DNA of 61,844 bases, the filler included, from Nemertoderma westbladi (taxonomy: Eukaryota; Animalia; Xenacoelomorpha), in NCBI GenBank assembly GCA_032718475.1. It is 4 parts of 4 records of this genome, joined end to end, with 100 filler letters (N's around TTAATTAATTAA, not from the genome) between each part and the next. Parts side by side here need not be neighbours in the genome. Positions count along the whole stretch, not along the records: positions 22,492 to 46,063 come from JAUCBJ010008296.1; positions 46,164 to 52,894 come from JAUCBJ010008248.1; 2 more parts are not named here. The stretch is one strand, 5' to 3'. Below, in pieces: positions 37,551-51,114 of the stretch (its first letter is position 1; every line of letters begins with the position of its first letter). The notes beneath the pieces were generated by a model, which did not search any database, was not told the DNA's origin, and worked only from the letters and a program-made list of their open reading frames with translations. The position numbers were made by a program, and so were the translations under genes.

Positions 37551-38817
37551 AACTCATGTCATATGTCCTATTGTAATGTCATATACTATTTTACACAACT
37601 ATTGCTCCCATTAATGCTCATTCATTAAAAATATTCAAATATTTAAAAAATAACATTTTTTGACATTTATGTGGTCATTTTCAGTTTATCTACCCAAAAA
37701 AAAATTTTATATAAGTAAAAATAATCCGAGCAGGAAAGGGATAAGATAAATACAGTTTTATATTTTTACTGAATTTTTTACTGTATTTTTACTTGATTCT
37801 CTTGATTTTACATTTCATCTCCATCTTTTTATATTCATTTCCAAATCAAACTTGTGCTAAATATATCAGTGCTATTTTAATTTGTGTTTATTAGTTGATA
37901 ATTAACAATTTATTCGGATATTAAATTTATCGTACAATGGTTACATTATATAATAATGTTTTTTCTTTATTATAGTATCAACAAACACCGTCAAGAAAGT
38001 AAAATCAATTTCAATCATAACTGTCACGGATCTAAGCGATGTAAAAAGCGACGCGTACGTGCTTGTGTGGTGTAGTTATTTGGCGTCTGTTATTGGTACG
38101 TGTCTAGCACGTCATTTGACGTGCTTGTGTGGTGTAGTTATTTGACGTCTGTTATTGGTACGTGTCTAGCACGTCATTTGACGTGCTTGTGTGGTGTTCC
38201 AGTGTAGTATTTGACGTCTGATGACGTAATTGACACGTGTCTAGCAAGTCATTTGACGTAAACTGTAGCACGTCATGGTTTGTCGTGCTCAAACACGTGT
38301 TTGACACTTCCAAAATACACGTAGCCAGGACGTCATTTTCAACACGTTGACGTCAAATAATTACGTCGTATCCACGTGTTTTAGACGTGTTGATGCTTAT
38401 AGGGATCAATTGTATTATTAAATTTATTATTATACATACTGTAGTGTACGCCCACGCCCCAATCATGGTAATTCTAATCAGAGTAAAATATAAAAAAAAT
38501 TATTTATTTACACAGTATTTATTTATACATGGGTTGAGGGGGGGGGGGGGGGGGTTATTACTGCTCATCTCATAACTTCCACGAGTTCTCGAGTTCATGA
38601 ATATTCCAGCAGAGTTTGTGGTTCACAGGGTTAACATTTGCCAATTTCGCTGCCCTGTAGGGGATACTAGGGAGATTTTGCACGTAGGGAGATTTGGCAT
38701 GTGTACCTTTAGAGGCACTTCCTGAATGTGTATTGCAACAACTTTTTGACTCAACTTATATATACTATATCTGAATATAACAATGTGTTGGCAAGCTGTA
38801 TTTTTCGAGGTGTTTGT

Positions 38818-38923
38818 TATTATACATTTATTATAAGGAAGGGATCTTGGGGTCTTAACCTCGAATGATAAGTTTATTTTACCGAAAATAACTTATCCCC
38901 TTCCTTATAATAAATGTATAATA
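38818..38923. repeat. Short inverted repeat (MITE-like hairpin)
   Basis: TATTATACATTTATTATAAGGAAGGG ... CCCTTCCTTATAATAAATGTATAATA. Confidence 0.75.
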
Positions 38924-39920
38924 TCTGAATATGGAAACTGAAAATATCATCAATTTTAATGCAACTGGCGATTCTATGGATAACATTTTGTAATGTTCCA
39001 ATCAAAACAATAATTTTTTATTTTTGGGTTCCAGGCCACCCCCTTTCATAAGTATCATCCACTGGTACTTGTGGATATATTAAAATGATAGTCAACTATT
39101 TGGTATTATGTTAAAATTGACAGAATAATATGTCATTACAATAATCTGGTATATTTATTTTTCATATTTATCAAAGTTCCCCAAGTTAGGACATTTGGCA
39201 TTTGTGTGCTGGGGATGTTTGGCATTTCAATGTAATCGTTAAAGCCTGCCAGTAGTATCAGTATCCTATTAATTGGTGTTTAGTTGTACTGCTGTACTGC
39301 CTTTTCACAGCAGTGCAGTATTAGCTACCGGTCCGGTACCCCCTCCTCTCTGTAGCCCAGAAACCTGTAGGGTGCTGTAGGCCTCACCAGTCACCACCAG
39401 TTCTTTTTTTTGTTTAGTTACTGCAGGTACTATTCGCCATTCAGTACCGGTAATGGTCTGAAAGCTTGATCATTGGACTGGTTAATTGATTTATTATTTT
39501 GGTGTAGGCCTACGCCTACAGGTAGGACTAACCAACATTTTCTTACTTCAGTACCTAATCGGTTTTTTAAAAATTACTTTGATTTAAGAGCCTCATTTGG
39601 AGCCACCACTCCACTCCTACCTACTACTGCTTAAATCTGTAAATGCTTCCCCAACTGCCCAAACGAATTATTGCTGTAATCTCAGAACCTTCTATAAAAT
39701 TCCTCAAACCAGCAAACTGGTCAACTGGTGTAGGGTAGGCTGGTAGGCCTAGGCAGCTAAGCAGCTAGGTGCAAATTAGGTTTTTTGACCTAGGCAAATT
39801 CACTACCGGTAGTGCAATACGGTGCCTAGCTACACTACAACTTGTTCCGTCAATCAATATCCGTTCCAAGGATTATAAGTACTGAAGTATATTTAATAAT
39901 TACCGGTAACAATCGACACA

Positions 39921-40604
39921 ATGGTACTCACAGCGGGATCACAGAAGCGTATCCTCATAAAAGGTGGACGGGTTGTAAACGATGATTACTCGGAGAAGGC
40001 TGATGTTTACATCGAGAATGGAGTTATTAAACAGGTCGGGAAGGATTTACAGATTCCTGGAGGTGCTACTATTATAGACGCGACTGATAAGTTAGTAATG
40101 CCCGGTGGTCTGGATGCCCACACCCACTTCCAACTACCCTTTATGGGCACGGTTAGTGTTGATGATTTCTTCATTGGTACACGAGCTGCGCTCTGTGGGG
40201 GAACTACCACTATCATTGATTTCGCTATACCTTCGAAACGCGAGTCCCCGCTGGTGGCGTACGAGAGATGGCGAGACTGGGCGGACCCCAAGGTATGCTG
40301 CGATTACTCTCTGCACGTTGCTATTACCTCGTGGAACCAGCAGGTGAAAGAAGATATGGAGGTTTTAGTCAAAGAAAAGGGAGTTAATTCGTTCAAGATA
40401 TTCATGGCCTACAAAGACGTTATGATGTTGTCAGACAGCGAGACTATTGAGGTGTTTCAGCATTGTCGCGATCTCGGTGCGCTGGCTATGGTCCATGCTG
40501 AGAATGGTGACGTCATAGATGATCTACAGAAAAGTGTATTGAAGGCCGGAATCAGCGGGCCGGAAGGCCACCTGATAAGCCGACCAGAAAGTCTGGAAGC
40601 CGAG
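39921..40604 (+). CDS. DPYS: Dihydropyrimidinase (DPYS/CRMP family), first coding exon, 228 codons
   Basis: [63 protein letters not shown]; phase-0 donor GAG|GTGAGT. Confidence 0.92.
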
Positions 40605-40787
40605 GTGAGTTATTTTATGTTGGGCTTGGGCCAAATCTAATGTATCTCTCTACAATCTACATGATCATTCAGCACCAATGCCCTTTCATACAGCCTACCA
40701 TACAGCTTACGGGACGGGAGAACTGTAATAGTATTCTACTGTAGTACCGGTAGTATTCGACTTAATATAGGCCTATAGGGTATGGTA

Positions 40788-40925
40788 ATGTAGAAGTTTT
40801 GAACGACTTTGCTGAGCGAGGAGTTGGGCTTATGAAATAATAGAATTCAATTATTACAAATAAAGAAGATCAAAAACAATATTTACTGCAAGTAGTTGAA
40901 GCACATAGAGAAAAATACCCTAAAC
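40788..40925 (+). pseudogene. hATm transposase C-terminal fragment
   Basis: Manual translation VEVLNDFAERGVGLMK**NSIITNKEDQKQYLLQVVEAHREKYPK. Confidence 0.65.
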
Positions 40926-41335
40926 CAAGTGGGTGTAACCAACTAAAGAACTGCTGGCCGAAACAATTTATTCATTAAACTGCATTTTATTATTTATTTT
41001 TTAATTTCATAGCGCCTAGTAGATTTAACTTTTGAGTTTTGAAATTATGTACTAATTTGCTCTAATCATAAGTTAATAAACTCTTTGTGTCTAGCCCTGT
41101 GTTTAAATTATAGCTAACTAATGTAAATAATATTGACTGAACAAATGCTGAATGACTAAATCTCATTTAAAATTATTTACATATTTAGATTAACTTAAAG
41201 TTTTTTTCATCATACTTTACAGCCTTGCTCCCTTTACTAGACTTCTGCAGATCTTATGTATCTCCTCATGTTTGTCTCATTGATTCATGGCAAACATATT
41301 TTTAGCGGGGATAGCAAAGAGTATAAAGTAGGTTA

Positions 41336-42633
41336 GATATTAAACAAGAGGGATATGATATTGATATTACACAAGAGAGATATGATATTGATATTACACA
41401 AGAGGGATATGATATTGATATTACACAAGAGGGATATGATATTGATATTACACAAGAGGGATATGATATTGATATTACACAAGAGGGATATGATATTGAT
41501 ATTACACAAGAGGGATATGATATTGATATTACACAAGAGGGATATGATATTGATATTACACAAGAGGGATATGATATTGATATTACACAAGAGGGATATG
41601 ATATTGATATTACACAAGAGGGATATGATATTGATATTACACAAGAGGGATATGATATTGATATTACACAAGAGGGATATGATATTGATATTACACAAGA
41701 GGGATATGATATTGATATTACACAAGAGGGATATGATATTGATATTACACAAGAGGGATATGATATTGATATTACACAAGAGGGATATGATATTGATATT
41801 ACACAAGAGGGATATGATATTGATATTACACAAGAGGGATATGATATTGATATTACACAAGAGGGATATGATATTGATATTACACAAGAGGGATATGATA
41901 TTGATATTACACAAGAGGGATATGATATTGATATTACACAAGAGGGATATGATATTGATATTACACAAGAGGGATATGATATTGATATTACACAAGAGGG
42001 ATATGATATTGATATTACACAAAGCAAAAAAAAGCAAACACTCGGCCGAAGCCGGAGGCGACCCGAAGGCTCCTCTTTCGATAGCTGCTACCCGAGGGTA
42101 GGGGTGGTTGCTACTCCTATCCCAAGATTTGCTCCCAGTTATTTAACTGGTAGGCCTACTCATTTTATCGACCCCGGTGGATGAAAGGCTGAGTGAACCC
42201 TGGCGGGGCTGAATCTACAACCAATAGATTGCAGGCTTTCATATCCCTCTTGACACTTGATATTACACGAGGACGAGGGATATGATATTGATATTACACA
42301 AGAGGGATATGATATTGATATTACACAAGATAGATATGATATTGATATTACACAAGAGGGATATGATATTGATATTACACAAGAGGGATATGATATTGAT
42401 ATTACACAAGATAGATATGATATTGATATTACACAAGAGGGATATGATATTGATATTACACAAGAGGGATATGATATCGATATTACACAAGAGGGATATG
42501 ATATTGATATTACACAAGAGGGATATGATATTGATATTACACAAGAGGGATATGATATTGATATTACACAAGAGGGATATGATATTGATATTACACAAGA
42601 GAGATATGATATTGATATTACACAAGAAGGATA
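41336..42633 (+). repeat. 27-bp minisatellite interrupted by a SINE
   Basis: CAAGAGGGATATGATATTGATATTACA in tandem, 41336-42022 and 42258-42633. Confidence 0.97.
42021..42240 (-). mobile_element. 5'-truncated SINE with Meta-like central domain
   Basis: Minus strand CTCAGCCTTTCATCCACCGGGGTCGATAAAATGAGTA; degenerate B box AGATTCAGCCC; TTTGC-type tail. Confidence 0.7.
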
Positions 42634-43449
42634 TCGCATTGATCCAATAAATTATGTGAGATCTGTAGTTCACCTTTTAACCAATATCTCAATAACTATT
42701 TCCAGTATTTCTAAATTTGATGTTGTCTAAAGCGATGTTTGTAATCCTAATGAGACAAGCAGATGCAGAAGTCTAGTAATGGAGAAGGCAGCCTTTTTTG
42801 GTCTATCACGATATCCGCGGTAAGGGTATAAACTTCAGGCACTATCCAGCAGTGATTAACTCAAAAATAGTTTTGAAAAATTTGGTGCAACAACTACTAC
42901 GTTATATTTTATCCAAAGGAACACTTTTAGGGGATAAGATAAATCATTCATTCAATCAAATCAATCAATAGATGGCAAAATAAAATTATAAGGCCACCCT
43001 AATATTGGCCTATTCAATCGTAATCCCTGTTTCAATCTTACCCAGGTTCACAGTTGACTATCATAGCAGCTTTAAATTATTTCCTTAATATTTGTTTTCG
43101 TTATTTCAATCCCAATACCGAGACAACTTTCGTCTATTGAATTTGCTTATAACTTAATATCAGTCGGGGAGAAGTTCACATATCAACTGAGTTGAAATTT
43201 AAAACTTTTTTTTCTAATTCAACTTTTAAGTTGTATATAAATTCAACTCTAAAATGGCAGGAGGCCCTGAAGGCCCCCAAGACCTGACAGAGTTTTTATT
43301 GTTTTTATGGGTGTAATATAACTTTTGTAAAACGTTATATTTGGAAATTAGCTGAAATACTACTGGCATTTATTCTGGAACATTTTGTTTTGATCATAAG
43401 TAGCTGGCCTACGGTGCATTAGCACCGTTTGAAAATAACTACCGGTTTA

Positions 43450-44365
43450 CACCATGTCCCAGAATATAGTGTCGTAATTCAGTGACACGCCCACCCCCCC
43501 CCCCCCCCCCCCCCTAATTTTTTTTACAAATCGTAATGAGATTGCATGAAATTTGAAACAGAGATAGTTTCACCTCCCGACCACTGACTGGGTGAGCCAG
43601 AATTTTTATTTTTGCTTTCAATCTTTAGCTACATGCGTTTAAAAAAAGTGTCTCCATCGATATTACACCAGCTACACCGCAGTTATTCTTAAACCTTATA
43701 GTGATTTGTTGGTACTGATAGAAAGCTGACCGCGCAAGGATTCCAAATATGTAGCACAATTTGAATTTCGTTGAAAAATAGCGGAGATTTGGGCGTTCAA
43801 ATGTTGCATGGTTTTGCACCTGCGCGAGGCTATTATATTATATTTAATAAATACATCATAATCTGGAATATTTTGTTTATCCAAATACGTAGCTGGGCAA
43901 CAATGCATTACATCTTTAATCTTACTATTACGTAGCTATTCATACATTTAAAAAGTGTTCCAGAATATGGTTTATTTATTAAATAGAATAAAATAGCCTT
44001 GCGCCGGTGCAAAACCATGCAACATTTGAACGCCCATATCTCAGCTATTTTTCAACGAGATTCAAATTGTGTTACATATTTGGAATCCTTGTGCGGCCAG
44101 CTTTCCATTGGCACCAACAAACAGCTATAAGGTAGAAGAACAAATGCGGTGTAACTGGTGTAATATCGCTGGAGACACTTTTTTTAAACGCTTGTAGCTA
44201 AAGATTGAAAGCAAAAATAAAAATTCTGGCTCAACCAGTCAGTGGTCGGGAGGTGAAACTATCTCTGTTTAAAATTTCATGCAATCTCATTACGATTTGT
44301 AAAAAAATTAGGGGGGGGGGGGGGGCGTGTCACTGAATTACGACACTATATTCTGGGACATGGTG
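43450..44365. mobile_element. TA-flanked MITE with TIRs of about 380 bp
   Basis: TA|CACCATGTCCCAGAATATAGTGTCG...CGACACTATATTCTGGGACATGGTG|TA. Confidence 0.92.
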
Positions 44366-45617
44366 TATACTGTGTAACTGGTACAATTTCGACTGAGACA
44401 CTTTTTTAAACGCTTGTAGCTAAAGATTCGTTAAAGATCAGTTTCAAATTTCATGCTATCTGATAAAGATTTACCAAATATGGGTTAAGATTGTAGATTA
44501 GTGGGTATGGGTATATAAATAAAATAAATTCCTTAAGTTTTAATTTAAATTTAGAGAGTATCGGGATTCTTCGAATTTCAGTGGGTAGTTCATTCCAATA
44601 ATATTATTCCAATAGAGGAGGTTGATATGTTATGGAATTCTGGCGAATAAGCTTTGAAAAGTGGTAGATGATAGGTGTAATAACTATTATGCTGTAACTA
44701 GTTCAATTTTAAATTTCTCCTATTTTAAAATAGGAAATGTTGATAGGATTAAACTCGGCCTATAATCTTTTTGGTCAGATATAAAGTTTATTGTCGCCAG
44801 GTCAGGCCAGACGGTATTGCAAAAGGTTTTTTAAGTGTAAGCTTTGGAGTAATATTATAAGGATCCTCCATGGGCCATGCTACATTATTTCGCATCTATT
44901 TCGCTTGTTTAGTTAACCTATGCTGCTATGTTGTAATACATCTGGATAAAAGCAAATAAGAAAAATAATTATCCAATACCTACAGCGTAATCTAACTGTT
45001 CTTCTGCCTAGTGAATATTAACGCCACCATCACGGTGTTTGTACAAATGTGCTGTTAAACAAAATACCGGTACGTAAATTCTAAACTCACGATATGGATT
45101 CAAAATAGTTAGATAAACTATCGTGGCTAATTAAATACTGCGCGCCGCATTTATTTTAGCAAAACTGGTGGAAAACTATACTGCGTAATTGTAGACTTCA
45201 CATAGACATTGGACTGAGTTTAATAAAGAAAAAGTTATAGGTAAAACTGTCTAATATCACAGTTAGCAAAACGTTGATGCCAATCTGGGCCTTTTTGGCA
45301 TGTAATGTTGTCTCTATAGGCCTACAGAGTGATAAAACCGTTTATTCGGTACAGACCACCCACTTGTATTGAATATTATTTACTAGGCCCTATTCCTGCT
45401 CTATATAATAGGTATATTATTATGCAGATGATGCAATATAGGGTAATTCCCTCACAGGCGTCCAAGCGGCTCTCAATTACTAAGCTTTCACGGTGGTGTA
45501 TTCCCAGCCGCTACCTAGGGTTCCACGTTTTTTTGTTTAGCTAACACGATAGCAGTTATATGGATTACCTGAACTTTAATACATTTAGCAGTAGTAAGGA
45601 AAGCTTGAAAAGTTGCT

Positions 45618-46033
45618 AATTATATTTTATTTATATTTCACGTCAAGCTACTAATAGTAAAAAACCGTACCGGCAGGTAGGTATGTACAACAAGTAAATA
45701 AAAATCTTGGGGAGCAGAACAAAAAACTTGCACAAAAAAAGTTTGTGTTGCTGCTTCCCAGTGGATAGTTAGTTAGTATGTATCAACCCCATCACACTTT
45801 GCCTGTTCTTCTCCGTTGGGAACTTCACTCTACTGTCGTCCTGCTAGCTTGAGCATCCTGAGAAAGCCCGCTGTATTGGGGCGAAACCCACCGATCAGCT
45901 GTCTGCAGTCAGCTGATCACTATTAAATGCATGTCTGGGTCTCCAGTCGATTTTTATTTACTTGTTGTACATACCTACCGGTACGGTTTTTTACTATTAG
46001 TAGCTTGACGTGAAAAATAAATAAAATATAATT
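45618..46033 (+). mobile_element. Penelope-like pLTR remnant with inverted flanks and degenerate hammerhead-like core
   Basis: 45618-45706 is inverted at 45949-46033; internal CTGAGAA-A-GCCC-N9-GGGC-GAAAC at about 45858-45887. Confidence 0.5.
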
Positions 46034-46063
46034 GAATACATTTGTCTGGTCCGTAGCTCCTTC

Positions 46064-46163
46064 NNNNNNNNNNNNNNNNNNNNNNNNNNNNNNNNNNNNN
46101 NNNNNNNTTAATTAATTAANNNNNNNNNNNNNNNNNNNNNNNNNNNNNNNNNNNNNNNNNNNN
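46064..46163. other. Assembly gap with artificial linker
   Basis: N44-TTAATTAATTAA-N44. Confidence 0.97.
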
Positions 46164-46243
46164 AACTGTTTAGAGTATCTTTATGTTTTAGAAACTGTGA
46201 TTTTTATATTTTATAGACTGAAAATCCCATTTTCTGGGAGCGG

Positions 46244-47421
46244 TGTAAAAGCCTTTGCTGAATTGCCCCGTTATTTTTATTATCTTTTACATTAAAATAC
46301 TCTGTAGTTGATTTAATAAGTGTAAGAGACCGTATTATTGCTGTATCGGTGTTTTTAGAGGATCTAAGACCTATTTCCTCCGTATGTGTACTGTGAAAGG
46401 CATATTTTATGATTCTATGGCAATTCGTGACGCAAAGGGGTGATAGCTACTCTTGAACAGTAGTTACTATGACTACGGTTAACAGCTGACATTCATACGT
46501 GTTGATTTCCTTTGTTCTACGGCGTCTCTCAGTTCAGTCAGCCAATTAGAGCGTTTTTGTGGCTCCTTGTACAGAAAATTTCTGAGAAATGACGCAATGC
46601 CTATGTGTTTAATTATAAAGGGCATATATCCTTTAACTGACATATCGGCATACCTAACGACTACCTGACTCATGGAATCACTGCTGACTGATCATACATG
46701 CTGACTGCTGAAACATTGCAAACTCATAGCAATCAGTGTTTTCATTGTTGTTTTATACTGCTATTTACCGTCAGTTCTTCATAATATGGTTGATGAATTA
46801 TTATATTTGGAATAACGATAAACAACCCCGAAACCCAATATTCTTGATATACCGAAGGTAAGAGAGAAGGGTTACAGATAAACGATTGTGACTTATGTTA
46901 AAGTGGTTTGAAGTGAATCTAATGTTATTTGATAGACCCTACATGAGTCAGTCTGTGTTCCTTTTATATGTGACTAAAATCAGTGAAGATTGGCAGATTA
47001 GTGTGCAGTATTGTGCAGCATTGTGTATGAGTGAGTCTGTTAAAGAAGCAATTCCTAAAGAATGCGCCATATATGTGAATTATAATTAAGCCATATCGTT
47101 GTGAGTAGTTTAAGTCATAACTCTGTTTATATAGATAAAGCGCCACGTCCTAAAGGAACTGTTAATATTACCGAAGGTGAATAATATTTTCAGAGATTAT
47201 ATAATACTGTCAGTCGAATAATACATTAGGCTTACATAGCAATAAAATTAAACCGTCGAACCCAATCTCCCGGGAATCTCCAACGGGTGAATGGTCGCGC
47301 ACGGATTGGTTTCGACTAGTGTAGTGAATCAAATACTTGTCATAGACTAAAAACTGATTTAATATCTAGAAGACATCTTAATTTGGTGGGTTAAACTGCC
47401 AAAGGTCTGAAAGCGCGAACA
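46244..47421 (+). mobile_element. Solo LTR related to the BEL/Pao LTR
   Basis: TGTAAAAGC...GCGCGAACA; 6-bp TSD GAGCGG / GAGTGG; homologous to the reverse complement of 28267-29411. Confidence 0.88.
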
Positions 47422-48728
47422 GAGTGGTTTTGCTGGGCTCGAGCCGGAGCAGTTGCTCAGTGATGTCTTTATCACTGAACACCAATAAATTAATCGATCA
47501 GTCCTTCGTATCGCCTCATCCATATGGGGAGGGGAGTACATGGAACTGACACTTTATGGCATTATCTAGGAGGTGTACCATCTTATTTCATATAAGAAAT
47601 GCGCCTTTACTTTCTTACAAAATGCTGTTGTTGTACAGCTTTTACTTTGGTACTGCACTGGCTGTACCGACAGCACAACAGCTCTTATAGGCTGATATAG
47701 ACTGTTCTAGCTTGTGGTCTGACTGTAAGTTGCTTGCCTATTGCTGTATTGAACTGCTTCATGACAGGAGGTAACAGATGACAATCCGCTGCTACAGTGG
47801 TAGGGTTCCTGCCAGGGGTTTCAATTCAATATTCAACAACAATATTTTTTTGAAAACAAACAGGGGCGCGCGTATCCTGTATTTTTCTAGTGTGCTAAGA
47901 ACATTCTCAGGCCACCCAGGTGTAATGACTTATGAAAATGGATAGTGAGATCATTCAATATTTAAAGTAAAGATGTTAAGGTGTCCCTCACAGGCAACTA
48001 AATAACTAACCCAAACATATCACTGCTATTCAATTAGTCAAACATAATATGTAATTAAATATATATTTTTTAATGAGTTTCAAAAATGCAATAATGTTAT
48101 CTATATAGCAGGAATTTCGCATGCAAACATTTGGATGATGCATATTGCGCGCCAGGGTGAGAGTGGACAATATGCGACTACTGTATTGTATTACCCAATT
48201 TAATTTTTATGTTATACCAAAGGACCCTGGGGTATTGATTTGTTTTCACTAAAGGGAATACCGAATACTACTTGTGCAGAGATGCCTGGATAACATAATA
48301 TACACACAACCGCTACACGGTTTCATAATAGCATGAGTGTAACATGTAACCTGACCTTGAGTTTTATCAAGCTACCTTGGTGTTTATGCTGTTTATTGTT
48401 CAACGCAAACTAATAAACGCTCTGGGTATAACACTTTTATGGAGGAATGGATCATTACTGTCGTCATCGTCAAATAGGACACGTTGTAATAATGTGCACT
48501 CTGTAAACTAAATCAATATTCTTACAATTTAGTTTAGCTACGAATAGTCAAGAGTTATTTATAATATTGCATTACTCTTCTACACTTGGCTGAATGGTAA
48601 TTCTCAGCTATAATATAACGATGTAATAAGTTAGCTATGATTAATTATATAACGATGTAATAAGTTAGCTATGATTAAGTTAGCTATGATTAATTACAAG
48701 TTGCATCAGCTGAAACCCACTTCATTTA

Positions 48729-49525
48729 CACCATAACCCTTATACAACAACCATTTTTAGGGGGTCGGAGCCCCCTCCTAATTTTTTTCAAATTTCAATA
48801 AAATGCTACGAAATTTGGTATGATGATAGATCGACACCTTTTCTTACTGGTGGCCCGGTCGGATTTTAGATCCGCCTTCATCTGCAGATTCCGAATCTGA
48901 AACCCGTTGTAAATTTCACCTAACTTCCGGAGATATTATCAAAATACTAAGGTGTAAATTTTGTGACGTAAATCGCTATAATTCTAATGTTTTTATTACT
49001 CAATTTTAGAATATTAATTATGGGTAATGAAAAAACAAGATGGACGCTCAGCTAAATAATAATTAATATTCTAGAATAAAGACAACAAAACATCAGAATT
49101 ATAGCGATTTACGTCTCTAAATTTACACATTAGTATTTTGATAATATCTTTACTAATTTTTGGTTAAATTTAAAACGGTTTTCAGATTCGGAATCTACAG
49201 ACGAAGGCGCTTCGAATGATATCTAGATTACATTTCAAAGATGTAAAATAAAGTCTACGGAGGTAGTTAAACATTGTTAAATATAAATTTTTTAAGGGCT
49301 TGTTGTATGGAAATAACTGAGAAATTGAAAAATCCGGCCAGGCCACCAGTAAGAAAAGGTGTCGATCTATCATCATACCAAATTACATATTATATTACGT
49401 AATTATATTACTTAGCAGTTTATTGAAATTTGAAAAAAATTTGGGGGTTGGGAAGGGGGGGGGGGGGGGGTTTGGGGGGGGGCTCCGACCCCCTAAAAAT
49501 TGTTGTTGTATTAAGGGTTATGGTG
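48729..49525. mobile_element. Long-TIR MITE (CACCAT termini)
   Basis: CACCATAACCCTT...AAGGGTTATGGTG with extensive internal inverted symmetry. Confidence 0.8.
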
Positions 49526-50164
49526 AATTTGTATGGTCATTATTAAGAAATTAAGGAAAATGATTATTTTATTTTTTCCCGAAAATAAAAATTATTAAAA
49601 TGTACTGCATTTGTCACAGCACTTTTAATTTTTTTCCATCACTACATTATTTACCATTTGTTTTATTTATTATTATTTATGTTTTATTTACAGTTTGCTC
49701 TTCCGGACTAATCTTTCTTTCAACTGTTGGCGCTTATATCATCCCGTAAAGTTTAGAAAATTTGTAAAGTTTGATGAAAAATCATGCAGTCTGACGTCAG
49801 CTACGACAGATTATGTGGTTTTTAGAAAATGTTAAAAATTAAAAAATTAAAAAGTTAAGACATTTAATTGGGGTTCCGCTAGAGACTCCGAAGTAGTGAC
49901 ATAGGCCTACTGGTACGGAACTGCTGTACTGTACAAGTACGAGATTGCAGAATAATAATTTGACACCACCTAGCGGATTAATATATGATTGTATATTAAT
50001 CCGAATACATTTATAGCATGGGGTAAGGGATCCGAGCCATGAAGTTGACGGAGCCTTTGCGAACTGACGCTATCTCTTAGGGGGGTAGGTCAATTATGGC
50101 AAATAGTTCATTCAATAATGGTACTGTACGTCATCATCGGCACTACGATTTTGACTTACTTATA

Positions 50165-51114
50165 TGATGGGGTGATGATAACTCCACCTACTGGCTCCAG
50201 AAGTCGAGGAAATACTTATATGATGGGGTGATGATAACTCCACCTCCTGGCTTCAGAAGTCGAGGAAATCCTGCCAAGTACCTAACTGATCTAGACTTTG
50301 CTGATGACTTAGGAGTACTCTCTGAATCACTAGAGGGAGCCCAACGGCTCCTCAACTCATTAGAACATGTTGCTTCTAGTGTTGCTCTTTTTATTAACTC
50401 CAGAAAGACCAAAATTTTGACAGTTAACTTTGAAAGTCCTCAGCAAGTCTCCGATCGGATGAGCATAAGCTCAAAGGATGGTATGCTTGAGCATGTGGAC
50501 GACTTCTGTTACCTGGGATCATTGATCCGGAAGTCAGGTGAGGACCTACGAATACGTAAGGGAAAGGCATGGGCAGCTTTGAATAGGCTTTCCAGGATTT
50601 GGAAGTCACCGAGAATTAATCGGAAACTTAAGGTCCGATTATTTAGATCAGCAGTAGTTCCAGTACTCCTCTATGGGAGTCCATGTTGGGCTCTAACTGC
50701 TGAGGACACCAAATCTCTGGATGGCACATTCATAAGAATGCTACGCCGGGTTCATTGTATCAAGTACAATGCACACATCTCCAACCAGACACTATATAAT
50801 ATTGGAGGTGTCTCATTGGTTCCCCCAAGCTTGATACTAGAACAAAATCGCCTCCGCTTTGCAGGACATTGCTTTCGCCGTGAGGACCAGCCAGTGCATA
50901 ATCTTGTACTTTGGCAGCCTCATGGAGTGACTAAGCATGGTGGACAGCCCATGACTTTCTTGAGACGCATCTTAAAGGACACTGGCCTTGAAGATGCGGA
51001 TGATCTAGCAAATGTCATGGGTGATAGGGAGTTGTAGCGGCGCAATTTTGTCGACAAGCCGGCACAGCATTCTTAAAAATGCAGCTGCAATGCAGCATGC
51101 CGATCCTAGTAGTA
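50165..51114 (+). mobile_element. 5'-truncated RTE LINE with 12-bp TSD
   Basis: LDFADDL...DRE; (TAG)n tail; TSD GACTTACTTATA at 50153-50164 and 51115-51126. Confidence 0.95.

Larger units (their letters stand above)
33875..38404. mobile_element. CMC/EnSpm-like element (non-autonomous)
   Basis: TIRs CCCTATAAGCAT / ATGCTTATAGGG; AT on both flanks (2-bp TSD); ACGT-rich subterminal repeats at both ends. Confidence 0.75.

Noticed and set aside
36109-37557. 482-aa His/Pro/Thr-rich ORF
   Set aside because: Translation of a minisatellite; the same applies to ORFs at 15676-16086, 30742-31935, 41302-42730 and 60115-61807
39370-39384. GGGTGCTGTAGGCCT resembling the 5S rRNA 3' end
   Set aside because: Only about 13 nt match; TAGGCCT is very frequent in this window
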